The notes under the pieces: model-generated
Database searches by the model: none
Told to the model about the DNA's origin: nothing
Seen by the model: the letters and a program-made list of their open reading frames with translations, nothing else
Assembly (NCBI GenBank): GCA_964247055.1
Contig: OZ176053.1
Span: 9,362,001-9,426,000, forward strand
Direction of reading: 5' to 3'
Length of the DNA: 64,000 nt
Source: Paragordius varius
Lineage: Eukaryota > Animalia > Nematomorpha
Made by a program: the position numbers and the translations under genes
In this document: one piece after another, positions 1-13,291 of the stretch
How positions within the stretch are numbered: the stretch's first letter is position 1
How the letters are laid out: every line of letters starts with the position of its first letter

Positions 1-420
1 AACGCCGTACTTTTTGACTTAAAAATGCGGCCCGAGAAGCCATTGTGTTGGAATATCATTTTTTATAAAATATTTTTAAATCAAAAACATTTTTATCAAA
101 AAAATATTTTCTGTTTAGATATTTTTTCCTATATTTTTAATCGATAAACTTGACATGTTTAAAAACCAATTTGAAGCGTTTGTACCAATAGATAAAAATG
201 GTCAATTTTATATTTTTTCATCCACTATAGATTTTATAAGTTAGCCCTGAATATTAATGCGAACCACATCGATAAAATAAAAAATATTAATTATTTTTTT
301 AAAAATACTTAAATTCTATAAATATAACTTTTAAAGAATAAGTAATGATTTTGCATTGGAAATAATAGGAAAAATTGTCATTCAATAATTGTGTTTTTAT
401 AAAAAATAATACCCTAAAGT

Positions 421-610
421 ATTACGCTGATAATGGTTAAAAGTTATTTTTATATCCTGTTTTGATATTTATCATCAAAAATAAAACCGTTTTTATTGAC
501 TGGGAAAAGGTTTTATTGATTGGGAAAATGTTACTGACTGGGAAAACGTTTCGATTGACTGGGAAAATCTTTCGATTGATTGGGAAACCGTTTTTATGAC
601 CGGGAAATGG
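421..610 (+). repeat. Dispersed repeat ending in a ~20-bp tandem minisatellite (ttttattgactgggaaaacg-like, ~6 degenerate units)
   Basis: Units visible at ~487-610. The same sequence recurs reverse-complemented at ~61780-61873 and, interrupted by a MITE, at ~62643-63770. Confidence 0.8.
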
Positions 611-870
611 TATAGATTATTATTCTTTGCTAATTGGATTATAACGAAAGATTGAAAATTAGTGAATGGAATGCTAAATAAGTTTTTTTGGTATAAAGAT
701 GCTTCATTCTACAAAATATTAAAATCTTTCATACACTACACTTAACCAATCTTATATATTACTTTTAAAAAATGGACTCGGAAAGTATTAACTTTTTAGT
801 CCCTTTAAAATGAGTTGCTTTCTAATATAAAGGCATAAATGCCGATTTTACCATTGACAATATTTAATAT

Positions 871-1114
871 TGAAATATATTGTAAAATTACAAATAATAA
901 TTTTCATTTATTAAAATTTCTTTATACTTTTTATTAATTATAATTTTAACATGCATGTGCGTCACAATTGTAAGAATATGTCTTTTATTCTACGAATATT
1001 TATATTAGAATTCCACGAATAATGACGCACGAATATAAACGCCAAACGCGATTAATATAATAATAATATGATGTAAGTAAAATATAATAATGCAATGTTG
1101 TAATATCAACTACA
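871..1114 (-). repeat. 3' LTR of the gypsy element
   Basis: Aligns end to end with 4409-4659 with scattered substitutions and small indels; minus strand begins TGTAGTTG and ends TTTCA. Confidence 0.88.
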
Positions 1115-1117
1115 TAT

Positions 1118-1134
1118 CTTTCTCTTCCTCCTCT
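1118..1134 (-). other. Polypurine tract
   Basis: Minus strand AGAGGAGGAAGAGAAAG, 3 nt before the 3' LTR. Confidence 0.85.
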
Positions 1135-1149
1135 AAAAAACGCTTAGGA

Positions 1150-4100
1150 GGTTTGCGGACTCGATCTGGGTAACTCCTGGCGATTGAAATAATTAGCCTT
1201 ATCAGATATTAACATTCTTGGAAAACCATAAGAGGAAAACCATTTCTCCAATTGTTTCAAAATTACATCAGATGTAATACTGCTAAGTATCTCCACCTCC
1301 ACCCATCTTGAGAACGCGTTAATAAAATCAACTAATATTTACCACACATGGGACCCGTGATGTCCACATGGAGTCTTTCCCATATTCCCACATTGAAGTT
1401 CCATTTATATACCGGATTCTCAGCAATGTTCGCCCTGTTCCTCTGACAACACTGACAGTCGTGTACTAACTTTTCAATGTCCTTATCCATTCCGGGCCAA
1501 AACACCAACGACCTGGCTGTGTTTTTCATAGCAACGATCCCCGGATGTCCAACATGAAACCAAGCCAAAATTCGTCTTCGCGCAGCGGTTGGGATAATTA
1601 ACCGATCACCAACATATAAGAAACCATTAGCTTGTTTGAGATCATTTCTCACGGCTTTGAATGCGGATAATTCCTGTGTTGACCAACCATTATTAAGTGC
1701 TATAGTAATCGTTTAAACAGTTAATCCTCCAAACAATCTTTTTTTATTTGGGTTTTATTAAAATTTAAATCCACGAATGCGGTTTGTCGGATTTTTTCGG
1801 CCACATATTCATCATCATTGGCTAATGGTGTCTGACTTTCGGAAGTCTTGAAAACACATCGGCCATGTTTGTCGATCCCGCAATATATTTCACATGAAAA
1901 TCATGCGCGGCGACCTTGTAGATCCAACTTAACAATTTACAGTTTTTATTATCACTTAACTTCCGATTGTTTCCGAATAAATGAACTAACGGCTTATGAT
2001 CTGACCAGACCTCACATTTCTGGCCATATATATAATAATGGAATTTTTTTAACCCAAATAGCAAAGCCTTAGTTTCCAATTCAATCACAGAATAATTTTT
2101 CTCTGCATTCTGGCATTTTCTTGACGCGAATGCAATTGGTACCATTTTCTTATTCTCCATTTGCAGAAGTACAGCTCCAAAGCCTTTTGTTGACGCATCC
2201 ACACGTGACCTTTGTGTGATTATTTTGAGAGAGTTAGCTCTCATTTTATATGAGCGATATTTAGGAATTATTGTTTGATTATTTATATTATAAGGTAAAG
2301 ATTCTCTTGATATTATGTTTTTTGCTTGCTTAAATTCATTTTGATGTTCTTGTGACCATCTCTTCCTTTTTGGATCCTGTTAGTCCATGTAGATTACTAA
2401 CTTTGACATGAGTCAGGAATAACACGTTCATAAAAATTGAGCAATCCCAAAAATGATCTTAGCTCAGTTTTATTGGTAGGTGTCGCACATTTCGTAATGG
2501 CGTCAATTTTATCTTGTACAGGACGAATTCCTTGTTTTGATAGCTCAAAACCCAGGAATGTTCTGATAAAGTTTCAGTTTATCTTTCCTTAACGTAAAAC
2601 CGAATTTTAACCTTGTTAGGGTCTCCTTAAGATTTTTATCTCATCTTTCGTTTTACCAACAATCAATACATCGTCGAGATAAGCCATTGTGCCCCTGCAA
2701 TCTTTGAATACCTCATCCATTATTCTCTGGAAAAGCATGGGGGAAACCTTCAATTCAAATGGTAGACGATTAAATTGAAAATATCCCATCGGGCTAGTAA
2801 TAACCAAATATTTTTTGCTCTCCTCATCCACCGGAATTTGAAGGTAAGCGTCTTTTAAATCAATGGAACCATGTAGATCCCGCACATTTAGACGCGATCG
2901 TGTCAAATGTCGGGATAATCTGAGGTATGTTCTCCATCAAAGAATTGATAGTTACCCGGAAATCAGCGCACACCCTAATTTCCCCATTAGTTTTACGACG
3001 TTAACCGTAGGAGTCGCCCATTCCACATGGTGTTGTGTAGGATCAACTGAAATCACTATCCCCAGGTCTATCATTCTCTTCATTTCCATCTCTAATTTAA
3101 TCTGTAGTGCCGATGGAATTCGCCGTGCAGCGCAGACTTTTGGTATTGCATCTGATCGAACATACAATTTAACAGGATCACCGTTGTAACAACCCAATTC
3201 CCCGTTAAAGAGTTTTGGAAATCGCTTGAATATATCATCATGATCATTATTATTATTATTAGATGTTATTTGATTAATTTTCACGTTATCCGGTAAGGTC
3301 ATGCCACAACCATTGATCCAAGGCAGCCCAAATATCGGAGATAGCTCTTCTTCCGTCACAAAACATTCTAATTTCTTAGTAATGTTTCCCATTGTTACAT
3401 TGACAACTGTTTTTCCCAAGAGTTTGATTGGGTTGTTTCCGTAAGAAGTTAATCTGGGAGCACATTTTAGTAACGGTGCTCCCACCGTCTTCCGGACATT
3501 TTTATTAATCAGAGAAGCATCAGCTCCAGTATCAAAAACCATACTGACAGCTTGGCCATTAATCGTGGCGCAAATGTTTGCTTGTGTGCCCCATTTATTA
3601 TAAATAGTATTTATATTAACACTATATCGTTTTTTATGGCGACACATTGCCTGAAAATGATTTTTTTATTACAATTGTGGCATATTTTTCCGAACGCGGG
3701 ACATTGTTTTGGTATATGCGATTTACCACATTTGCCACATCTCCGCTTCCATTTATTATTATTGCCATTATCATTTTTTTATATTCCATATTATTACTCT
3801 TATAATTATTTTTATTATCATTCGACCGATTCTTTTAATTTTGAGGATACTGCTTGACGACACATGGGAGGCAATATCGGTCCTTGCAAGTTCCTGAGCC
3901 AAGGCCATGTCGACAATGGTGGTTAATGACACCGCCTTCCCATCACACTTCGCATCGGGGAATCGTGAATAAAGATCCACTTTTAATGATTGCAAGTTTA
4001 ATCCAGCCACAAAACTGTCTCTAATTCTCTCCTCCACCTCTGTTTGAAATTCAGCCTTTTCCGCCACACTCTTGACTCTTTGCGAAAATTCCGTGAATGT

Positions 4101-4407
4101 TTCTCCATCATTTCTACGCAAACTCAAACCTTGCAGCGAAGACAGACTTGGCGGGTGAGAAAAGTTTAAAACCAATGTCATGAATTATGGACCAAGGATC
4201 ATCACCAATAGATTCTGGAAAAATCATTGTTTCCTCCTTATTAATTGTTTTAAGACCAGCTCCAGCCAAAAACAGTACTTTGATATTATCATCATTAATA
4301 TCAACATTTTTGGAGATCATAACCCTTTTGACATATCTGATGTAAGTGGCAAAATCATAAGTGTCATCGTATCCTTCAATTGAAATTTTCTCCACACTCG
4401 TCGCCAA
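1150..4407 (-). pseudogene. gag-pol pseudogene (fragmented ORFs 4114-4407, 3771-4181, 2952-3647, 2616-2906, 1822-2244, 1332-1652)
   Basis: Successive ORF fragments carry gag, PR, RT, RH and IN motifs separated by frameshifts and stops. The integrase core breaks off shortly after FSSYGFPRMLISD. Confidence 0.9.
4397..4406 (-). other. Primer-binding site
   Basis: Minus strand TGGCGACGAG, 2 nt after the CA end of the 5' LTR; overlaps the first gag codons. Confidence 0.8.
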
Positions 4408-4408
4408 A

Positions 4409-4659
4409 TGAAATTTATTTTCGAATTAGAATTAATAATTTTCATTTATTAAAATTTCGTTATATTTATACTTCTTATTAGTTATAATTTTAACATGCAT
4501 GTGCGTCACAATTGTAAGAATATGTCTTTTATTCTACGAATATTTATATGAGAATTCCACGAATAATGACGCACGAACATAAACGCCAAACGCGATTAAT
4601 AAAATAATAATATGATGTATGATAATATAAAATGATGCAATGTTGTAATATCAACTACA
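4409..4659 (-). repeat. 5' LTR of the gypsy element
   Basis: Direct repeat of 871-1114; followed by the PBS. Confidence 0.88.
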
Positions 4660-6470
4660 TATCAAATATATGCTAGATTTTGTCAAAATCACTGAGAAAA
4701 TAAATAATTTTCTATTACTCAAGGTTGGTATAAATGGCATAAAAAACGTTTATACTTAATTCGATCATAGAGAACATTTTTATCATCTTATATTTTTAAA
4801 AATTGGTCTCTTCCATTTAACTTAAACATCAATTGTATTCGAAACATACTCAAATTTGAAAAAAAACTTTAAATTGAAATCTGAGGTAACACAAATGTTG
4901 AGCACAATATATAGAAAATTTTTATGCCCTCACCACCATACTTCGAAATGCCATAAAATGCACTTTAACGAAATTTTGCTAAAATTTAATTTATAAGTAG
5001 AGTGTAGATTCGGGGTATTTTTGGAGTTAAAATCTAGCAAATAGAAATTTATCGCTCGATCTCGGCATTTTTGCCTTTTTTAACCCATTTTACAGGGGGC
5101 CACAAATTGGGACTTTTGCATTTAACATCTAAAAAGTTAAATAAAATATAGTCTTCGTTTTAAATTGCAGTGTATATAATATTTTTATGATTTTTGTCGG
5201 AGTGAAGCATCTAGATTACCAATTAGCATAATGTGCGTTAATGCCATTCTTCACTATGGTCTAATTAGCACGAAAGTGTAATTTTTCTTAAATGACTCAT
5301 AAGGCCCAACCAAAACATGAAAATGCTGATAGATTTTTCACATAGAATGTATACTTTCATCATGATATTTTTATACCCCCCGATTTTGTACACTGTGTAA
5401 TTAGTTTCTGAAAACCAAAATATTTACTGTGTTGGACGATATAAAGCAATAAATAGGCGCTCTCAATGTTTGTACGATAAAATCATTTGCATTCAAATAT
5501 ACCTTCATCGCTGATTTGTCGCTCTTTGTTTCTTATACTAACATGGATAAATAAATGCAGTATAAAATAAATTCTTATGCGCATACTTATAGCATTGTTT
5601 TTCGATTAATAAACAACTGGTTGCATTTTCTGAATACCATTTCATATATTATTTAAATGGTCGGTAAATCCGGAAAATATGATAATTAAGTTATTTACGA
5701 ATCAAGTCATTTATTTAAAATTATTTATCTATATTTAGCCAAAATAAATACGCTTCGTTAATAAATAAATATAGTAATATATCAGAAAATTATTAAGCTT
5801 GTTATTTTCAATGAAAATATGAGTAACTCTGATTTTTGTTTTTATTTCAATTTAAGTACATGTTTGAATCGATTGTTGATAACCATAATAAATATTTAAA
5901 AAGGGGCTAAAACAATAAGAAAACGGCTAGGTTAGTATATTATTATAAAATCAAATTACTACATTGTCTATTAATGAAATATCACCAAAAAGAAAAGCGA
6001 TTTCTATTATTATTTAATAAATGATGATTTTCGTATGATTACCAAAAAACTAGAACTATAATGAATATTGTGTTTTTTCTTCCTTTTTCCAACATCAGAA
6101 AATCCTTTCTCTTCGTTCATTAGATCAGATTAATATAACAAACTTTATCTATGCCTAAATTTCTACTTGACGTAACAATTTTACAGGAAATAGTTCATCT
6201 TCAAAGATTTAAAATTATTATATGAACAAAATAATCTTAGTTGGTTTTTTAATGGTAATAAACTTAATTTCAGGCTATATTTTTACATATGATTTTTGGG
6301 TAGAGGCAAAATTTTTAAATATATTTATTTTTTAACCACTCCAATATCTGTTACTAATCGTGTACACCCAAATTCAAGAATAAAATTGAAGAGATTTAAA
6401 CTATATATTGATATTGATTGCGTTTACTGAAGTACATTTACGTAAAAAATATATATTTATGTATTTAATC

Positions 6471-7470
6471 CATCCTTCCGTTTTAGTTCCCAGGGGATCT
6501 GGGGTTACCATGCACAAACTCTCTGAACAATGTTCTATCAAAGACTTGTTCGTGTTCAATAGTGAATTGTAAGATATCTGGGCGGCCTTATCTGTTTGGG
6601 CCGGGTAGGTTTAATTGTTGTATTTTTTTGTAGCCAGTTATCGAAATTTATACGTTGAATATGCTTGTAATATCGCAATCGGTTGCAATGAACAGATATA
6701 TGGGTTTTACTTCTTTTATTGTATTATCAAAATTATTGTTGCAGATTTTTAGCATGTAATTTTTAGCTCTAATAAGTCTATTTGTATGTTGCTGTAAGGG
6801 CCCAGGTTTCTGTAGCTTATGTCATAGCTGGTCTTATCCCATTTTGTAAAGCTTTATCTTATGATTTGATATTTTTATTAGTTAATATATATTTAATTGA
6901 TCAAATTTGGCCCATCCCTGTCTGATTCTATTAGAAATGGCGTTCCCCAAGAACCATTAGGTGCTATAAAGATATGGAAAAGATGTTACAAGTTCTAGTT
7001 TGCCTCCATAAAAGTTTAAAGTACGCGGATTAGATATTGGCAGTGGTATCGATAAAGCACATGTTGCGCAGAAAAAATTATTATTAATAATATTTCTTTT
7101 ATATTGGAACATTTTTTATGGTCCCAATTCCTGCATTTTGTACAACAAAGTGAGTTTAGTTTACCTTAGTGGTAAAGACTGGGCATGGGAATTTGCTAGT
7201 TTTATGCTCATCTCCTGTGATTAAAATTTTGGTTTTGTTTTTATTAATCCTAAGACCGTGTTTTTGTAATTGTTTAAACATATTCAATATTTATTTTCGA
7301 GTATTGAAATAGTTTCAGCAGCAATTGTGAGATCGTCTGCGTAAAGAATTTCATAAGCCTTCTCTAATGTATTTTGTAATGTGGTCTAATATGGATATGA
7401 AAAGAAGATAGCTCAACCCCTGATGCAACCGGCTATCAATACTAAAATGCTCTGAATTCCCATCAGGTGT
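6471..7470 (-). mobile_element. Degenerate 5'-truncated RTE-clade LINE with PHD-like finger remnant
   Basis: Manual minus-strand translation across frameshifts: GLHQG..LLFISILDHITKYIREG, EILYADDL, PCPV...CCTKCRNWDHKKC, NAISNRIRQGWAKF, HIQR...NWLQKIQQLNLPGPNR*GRP. Same domain order as the element at 45120-48115. Boundaries approximate. Confidence 0.8.
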
Positions 7471-9232
7471 AAGAACACAACTGATTGAATTGTAGATTAA
7501 CTAATTAATTTATTAACAAATTTTATTACGGAATATATAGAATGCACATAAGTGTTAGCCAATTTATTATATTTTTGGCTAATTGAAACTTAGTATTGGA
7601 TTGGTTAAAACAACAAAAGGTTGAAATAAAAATTTTTTCCCATGAAACATTAATTTTATTTTATGGACAAAACTTGTTACAACACACGCTAGTGTATAAC
7701 CTAAAGGCCAACAAGAATGTTAAGCCAGTGCAATATGCATACTATATCAAAAACGCACCCAAGTAAATATCAGGAGGAAATAATTCTGTGGTGGTATAAC
7801 TTTAATGTATATATAAATTATTTATTTAACAAGGTTATTATAATTTTTGGTAATATTGTTGAGCGTATTAAAATTGAAATGTTTGATGTCAAATTTAAAA
7901 TTCTATAATATAATTATCATTTTACCTTTTGACATAAATCAACAATAATATCGGTATTTCGTGCACCAAAAAGATTTTCGATATAACTACTGAATTTATT
8001 CCAAAAAATAATTTCATTGATCGTTAAAGTTTTCTTATTACTGATATTATTTGCTCTTAATAAATTAATTTTCGAATTATGGGTAATTCCATAGTTTCTT
8101 AAACATTCGTAATCTATAATAAACGGTAAAAAATGCCTGATAAAGTTTTGCCTTTGAACACCAATTTTTGTTGATTGATAGGTATGTTAAAAAAATCGAC
8201 TAGCATAATTTTAAGTTGCAACACACTATCGTCTTCAGATATCTAAATTTAATCTTTAAATACCGTAATTTTAGCCTCTTCCCCGTTTAAAATTTTTACT
8301 ATCAAGATCATACTTAAAAATGAATGACTGTTTTAAAGTATGTATAAGCTAAAGGGGGTGATAAATTTTTTTCTTATGCAAGTTTATCAACACTTGTGCT
8401 TTCATGGAATAAAAAACATTTAACTTTAAACAACTTGGGTCAAGCCAGAAATCTTGATTCAAAAGTATTAAAAAATCATATATTAACACATGAAAATTTT
8501 GCAACTGGGTGTAGGGCCCACTTGACAGAATTAAAAACAGGATAAATTATTTGAAGCTATAGATGTATATAATTTAGGTTTTATATGTAAATAAAACTTT
8601 GTAAATGCTATAAATGGTTTGATAACTTTTGGATAATTAACCTATTCTAATTGAATGGATACAAAAGAGGATAATTAGTTTAAAAAAATGCTAATATTTA
8701 AATACAATGCATATAAAATCTGCTAAATATCAACTCTGTGAGCCCGAAAAAAATCGATTCACTCTTAAAAATTAATAATTAAATATTAAATTTAATTTTT
8801 AAATCTTCGTTCCACATAGAGTTTATTTCATCATAAATTTTCAGATAATCAATTAAAAATAATATTTTATATTGTAAAAACATCTTCCCAATATATTTGC
8901 AAATGGACTCCTAACAAAATGAGTAGTGTGAAATATTAAAGAGTGTTTTTAGGCCAAATCGTTTCCTCAGCTTAAAAGTTTTAGTTATCGGGCTCAATAT
9001 TCAGATCAATATTAATTAAGATAGGTGCCATTGTTTATGAAAAACTTCAATAAATGTATATTGCATTGATTGTTTATCTTTTTGTGCCTTATCTAAAAAT
9101 TTTGGCTGAAACTAATCAAAATATTTTTCGTACAATTCGAATTCGATAGCAAAAAATGTTACATTCATAAGCAAAAGACAAGTGTTTTTTATCATCGATT
9201 TTCAAATCTACACTTGCTGGCATAACACTTTA

Positions 9233-9793
9233 ATTCAAATTGGGGTATCTAAATACCCCAGACTAAATTTAAATTAATATTTCTAAAAAACTACTGTAGG
9301 AAGCAATCCCAATTTAAATTTATGCTATCCTAATAAATATAAAAAAGCCCATATATCTAAATATAATTTTGTTTTGGAAAAAAATTCCATGTCAAACTAC
9401 TTCGGCACCATTTTTTTTACAAAATTTTTGCAAAATATCGTGATTATTTAATTTTAACGTTAAAATTAAAGATAATTGTTTATTCAAATTACATTTAACT
9501 GGAAATAGAAATAGTCGTTTATTTTGTATAATTTTTTAATTTAGCAATACACATATGTTAAGTTGATTAAATTTTTACCTTTGGGTTTTACATTAAAATA
9601 AGTATTGTCAAGTATTTTTAAATAAAATTAATTATATATTTCGGTTTATTAATGTTATATAAGTGCAAACTTTTGCCATGGTTTCTATTCCTTCCATATA
9701 TTTTAAGGTCAATTTTAAACAGGCCTGGGGTATCCAACTACCTCAATTTGAATCGAAGGACTGAAATGAATGTATTGTATCCAAGTGTTAGTA
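9233..9793 (+). mobile_element. ~570-bp non-autonomous element with hairpin-containing subterminal inverted repeats, copy 1 of 3
   Basis: Homologous over its length to 29032-29612 (-) and 60536-61108 (+). Left end ttcaaattggggtatctaaatacccca, right subterminal tggggtatccaactacc(t/c)caatt(t/c)gaa. Confidence 0.8.
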
Positions 9794-10504
9794 AACTTGC
9801 TCAACTTGCCACGCTTAACTTACAGGTCAAGTGCGACTTCTTTATCACCCCACCCAATGTCTTGTAACCACATATTCTGAGTCGAATTTTTGTTAATAAT
9901 CATATTTTTGAATTATTTGTCAATCGCTAGGTTAAGTTTGTCATTATACATTTTAGGATAAATATGACAATAAAATGGACTAATCTTAATGTTATTTGAA
10001 AAAAAACATTTCCATTACGCAAAAAACATTGGGGGGTCTAAAAAATATTTAAATAAAATATGGATCCCATGCCATACTTATGAAGCATATTCCATATAAG
10101 AAAATTCCAAAATTCCAGCACACTGTCCTATAAAAAAAATTTTCCGATGAAAACTTATGCTTTGTTTAAACATATAGCATTATAAGATATTCAAAACTAT
10201 GCACAATATAATATAATTTAAAATAATGGTTGTGGCCTCCGAAAGTTTAAGGTTTTTGAACCACTCTAAAATAAACGTGAAATTGTCCATAAGAGTTTCC
10301 AATTTTTTCGTAAAATTACAATTACTAATGTTGGCAGTAGGAGAGGAAACAAAATGTATAATCATATGATATAAATTCGAAAAATGTAGATTTTAAAGAT
10401 AACTAATGATGAAAAATTTAAACGAATAAAAAAAATAAATTTTTTATAAATAATTTAAAGTATTAAAAAAGTATTTTTTTATGTAATCTTCGAAAAAGAG
10501 GGAA

Positions 10505-10566
10505 ATTTCAAAAACGTAGCGGGACGCCGGACAAAGTATGAAAAAGCGGGACGTCTGGTCACCCTA
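10505..10566 (-). mobile_element. Single hAT (Blackjack-like) terminus
   Basis: Minus strand TAGGGTGACCAGACGTCCCGC with a repeated GCGGGACG subterminal motif resembles hAT-Blackjack ends. The matching other end was not found. Confidence 0.4.
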
Positions 10567-10574
10567 CATATATT

Positions 10575-13291
10575 ATTATTGTAGCAAAGATCGTTGTCGA
10601 TTTATTGCTTTTTCGAAGGTGTATTTTCTCCAGTTTATTCGATTGTAAGTGAGTGATGTTAGCTGTTGTAAGAGAGATTGGTTTCTTTGGTTAGGTTTTC
10701 GATCCAGCGCATCTTGCAGCGTCCACGTTTCCTGGATCCTTCGACCTTGCCTGTCATTAGTTGGAATTCCAAGTCATTTGCTCTGGTAATGTGACCAAAG
10801 TATGATAATTTTATTTTGAGGCACATGCCAATTAGGTGTATCTCGGGGTTTATTTTGTCAAGGAATACAGTGTTTTTTATTTTGTCTTTCCAAGTGATTC
10901 GACGTATCTTCCGCCAGCACCAGTTTTCGAAGGCGTCAATGTATTTTTCGTCTACCTTTTTTATTGTCCAGCTTTCTGATGCATATAGCATGCTAGCAAA
11001 TATTAGGGCTTTAACTAAACGGATTTTTGTTTTATGTTTGATGTCGTGTGATGACCATAGTTTATTATATTTTATCATTTTTGTCTTAGCAATTCCTATT
11101 CTTCTTTTGATGTCTGGGGTGCTGTTGTTAGTTGTATTTATAAGACCTAGGTAAGTGTATTGGGACACTACTTCTATTTGTTGGTTGTGAAAAGATAAGT
11201 TGTTATAGTGGTTATGAGCGTTTATAATCATGATTTTAGTTTTTTTAAAGTTGATCGTCAATCCAAATTTTTGACATTCGTTTGAGAATTCAGTTAGGAG
11301 TTTTTTGAGGTTGTCCACTGAGTTTGACAGCAGTATAGTGTCATCAGCATAGTAAAGTGATGATATAATATTGCCGGCAACACATTCCATTAAACGGCCA
11401 CATAGAATATGAAAATCACATCCTATTATACTCAGGTCATGATACTCTTAAACGAAACGGTGTGGCCCTAATAGTGACCAAATCAATCGCCAACTCATCT
11501 GAAATTCACCATCCACACAGCGATCGCATAATATCACTTCGATTAAACTCGTCTCCACAACCAATAACGATATTCCAAATCTATACCCCTACCAAGTCTA
11601 ACAACGAAGAAGACTCCGAACAATTTTATGAGGATCTCAGTTCAGCTATTGAGAAAGTTCCTAAAAAAAACATGATATTTGTATTGGGCGACTTCAACGC
11701 GATAGTAGGCAACGATAATACACATCAAATCACTGGTGGGAAAGGACTGGGAAACAAAAATGATAGAGGAGACCGCCTCATAGAATTTTGGAGCGAACAC
11801 AAATTATTCATATCAAACTCCTTTTTCCAACAACCTAAGCGGAGGCTATACACATGGATTTCACCTTGCAAGAGGCACAGAAACCAAATTGACTTTATTC
11901 TCGGTATGCAAAAATATAAATCTTCCTTTATGAACGTAAAAACCTACCCCGGTTCCGACTGATCATAATCTCTTTGTAGCTAAACTAAAAATTAAAACAG
12001 TTCTCTCACGCAAACCAAAACTTCAGCATAAACCTAAATTAGATTTTTCTGCGATCTCCCCCGAGTTTCCTTTGTTACTTGAAAACAGATTTAAAACACT
12101 AGAAATAGACGATGACGCTGAAAATCTTTGGAATACAATACAAAATATCACTAGTACTACAGCCAGCGAATGCATCCCTATCCAAAAATCCCATCTTAAC
12201 AAAATTAAGCTATCACAAAAAAGTTTAGATTTAACGGACAAACGGCGCCAAGCTAAACGCAATACTAATATGACAGAGTACAAATCACTTAACGCAGAGT
12301 TCCAAAAAAGCGCTCGGGAAGACAAAAACGATCACTACAATCAGCTGTGCCTAAAACTAGAAAACGCTGCTAAACATAACAACAACTACTTTGCTGAAGT
12401 AGATCACATTGCTCCACGTAGGTCTAAAATCTACAAAGGCCCAATGAGAAAGGAAGATGGAGATATCATCACAGGCAAAAAAACACTGGTGGAACAATGG
12501 GAACAATATGTATTAAAACTATACGGCTCCAGTCCATCGAACGCCGATAAAAACAGTATTATCTATCAACATGACCCGCCGATCACCAAAGAGGAAGTTG
12601 AATGGGCGCTCAACCATTCCCCAAACAACAAATCTAAGGGGTACAACGATATTCCAACCGAACTCATTCGTTTTATCCCAATTCATATCCTAACTGACTT
12701 ATTCCAAGAGATATTTGCTCACGCCTCATTCCCCCAAGACTGGTGCAAATCAATACTCATCCCCATCTTGAAAAAAGGCGATCCTAAATCATTTAACAAC
12801 TATAGAACTAGAGCGTTAATCAATCAAGCATCAAAAGTTTTCCTCAAAATAATTCACGGCTTATCCAAGGCATAATTGAAGCCGAACTTTCTAATGCCCT
12901 AGCGGGATTTAGATCCAATCCCGGATGCAGGGACATGATCAGCAATATACGTTGGATATTCGAAAAACAAATTGAATTTCAAAAAGAAACCCACATCTGC
13001 TTTATTGATTTTACAAAAGCCTTCGACAGCGTGAAACACGACACGCTGTGGAAGGCACTATCTCAGATGGGAGTTTCAGATCACATTTTAAACATCATTA
13101 AATCCCTCTATTCCAATTCATCACTAAACAAAAAAACCCCACATGGCACAAGTAATTGGGTACAAATGAACAATGGTTTAAGACAAGGATGTGTCCTTTC
13201 ACCCACTCTTTTTAACGTCTGCATAGAAAGCGTATTACGGAACATAGATAAAACTAATGTATAAGCATTGCCGGCAATATTATATCATCAC
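10575..13291. mobile_element. RTE (BovB-like) LINE with 5' inversion: RT C-terminal part on the minus strand (10575-11380), APE/RT N-terminal part on the plus strand (11381-13291)
   Basis: Plus: APE (YSGHDTLKRNGVALIV, IFQIYTPT, VLGDFNA, NQIDFIL) to RT (FIDFTKAFDSV, GLRQGCVLSPTLFN). Minus: YYADDTILL to GRCKMRW plus a short (TAA)n tail. The 24-mer ttgccggcaatattatatcatcac occurs at 13268-13291 (+) and 11357-11380 (-). Several premature stops. Confidence 0.9.

Larger units (their letters stand above)
871..4659 (-). mobile_element. Decayed Ty3/gypsy LTR retrotransposon (Mag/K02A2.6-like), internally deleted
   Basis: Paired ~250-bp LTRs (871-1114, 4409-4659) with TG...CA ends on the minus strand, PBS and PPT. 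Order is gag (two CCHC knuckles CGKCGKSHIPKQC, CHNCNKKNHFQAMC at ~3640-3740), protease (VFDTGA), RT (IDLKDAYLQIP, YLDD), RNase H (VDAS..GAVL, WSDHKPL), integrase zinc finger (HVGHPG...CQCC). No clean TSD found. Confidence 0.93.
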
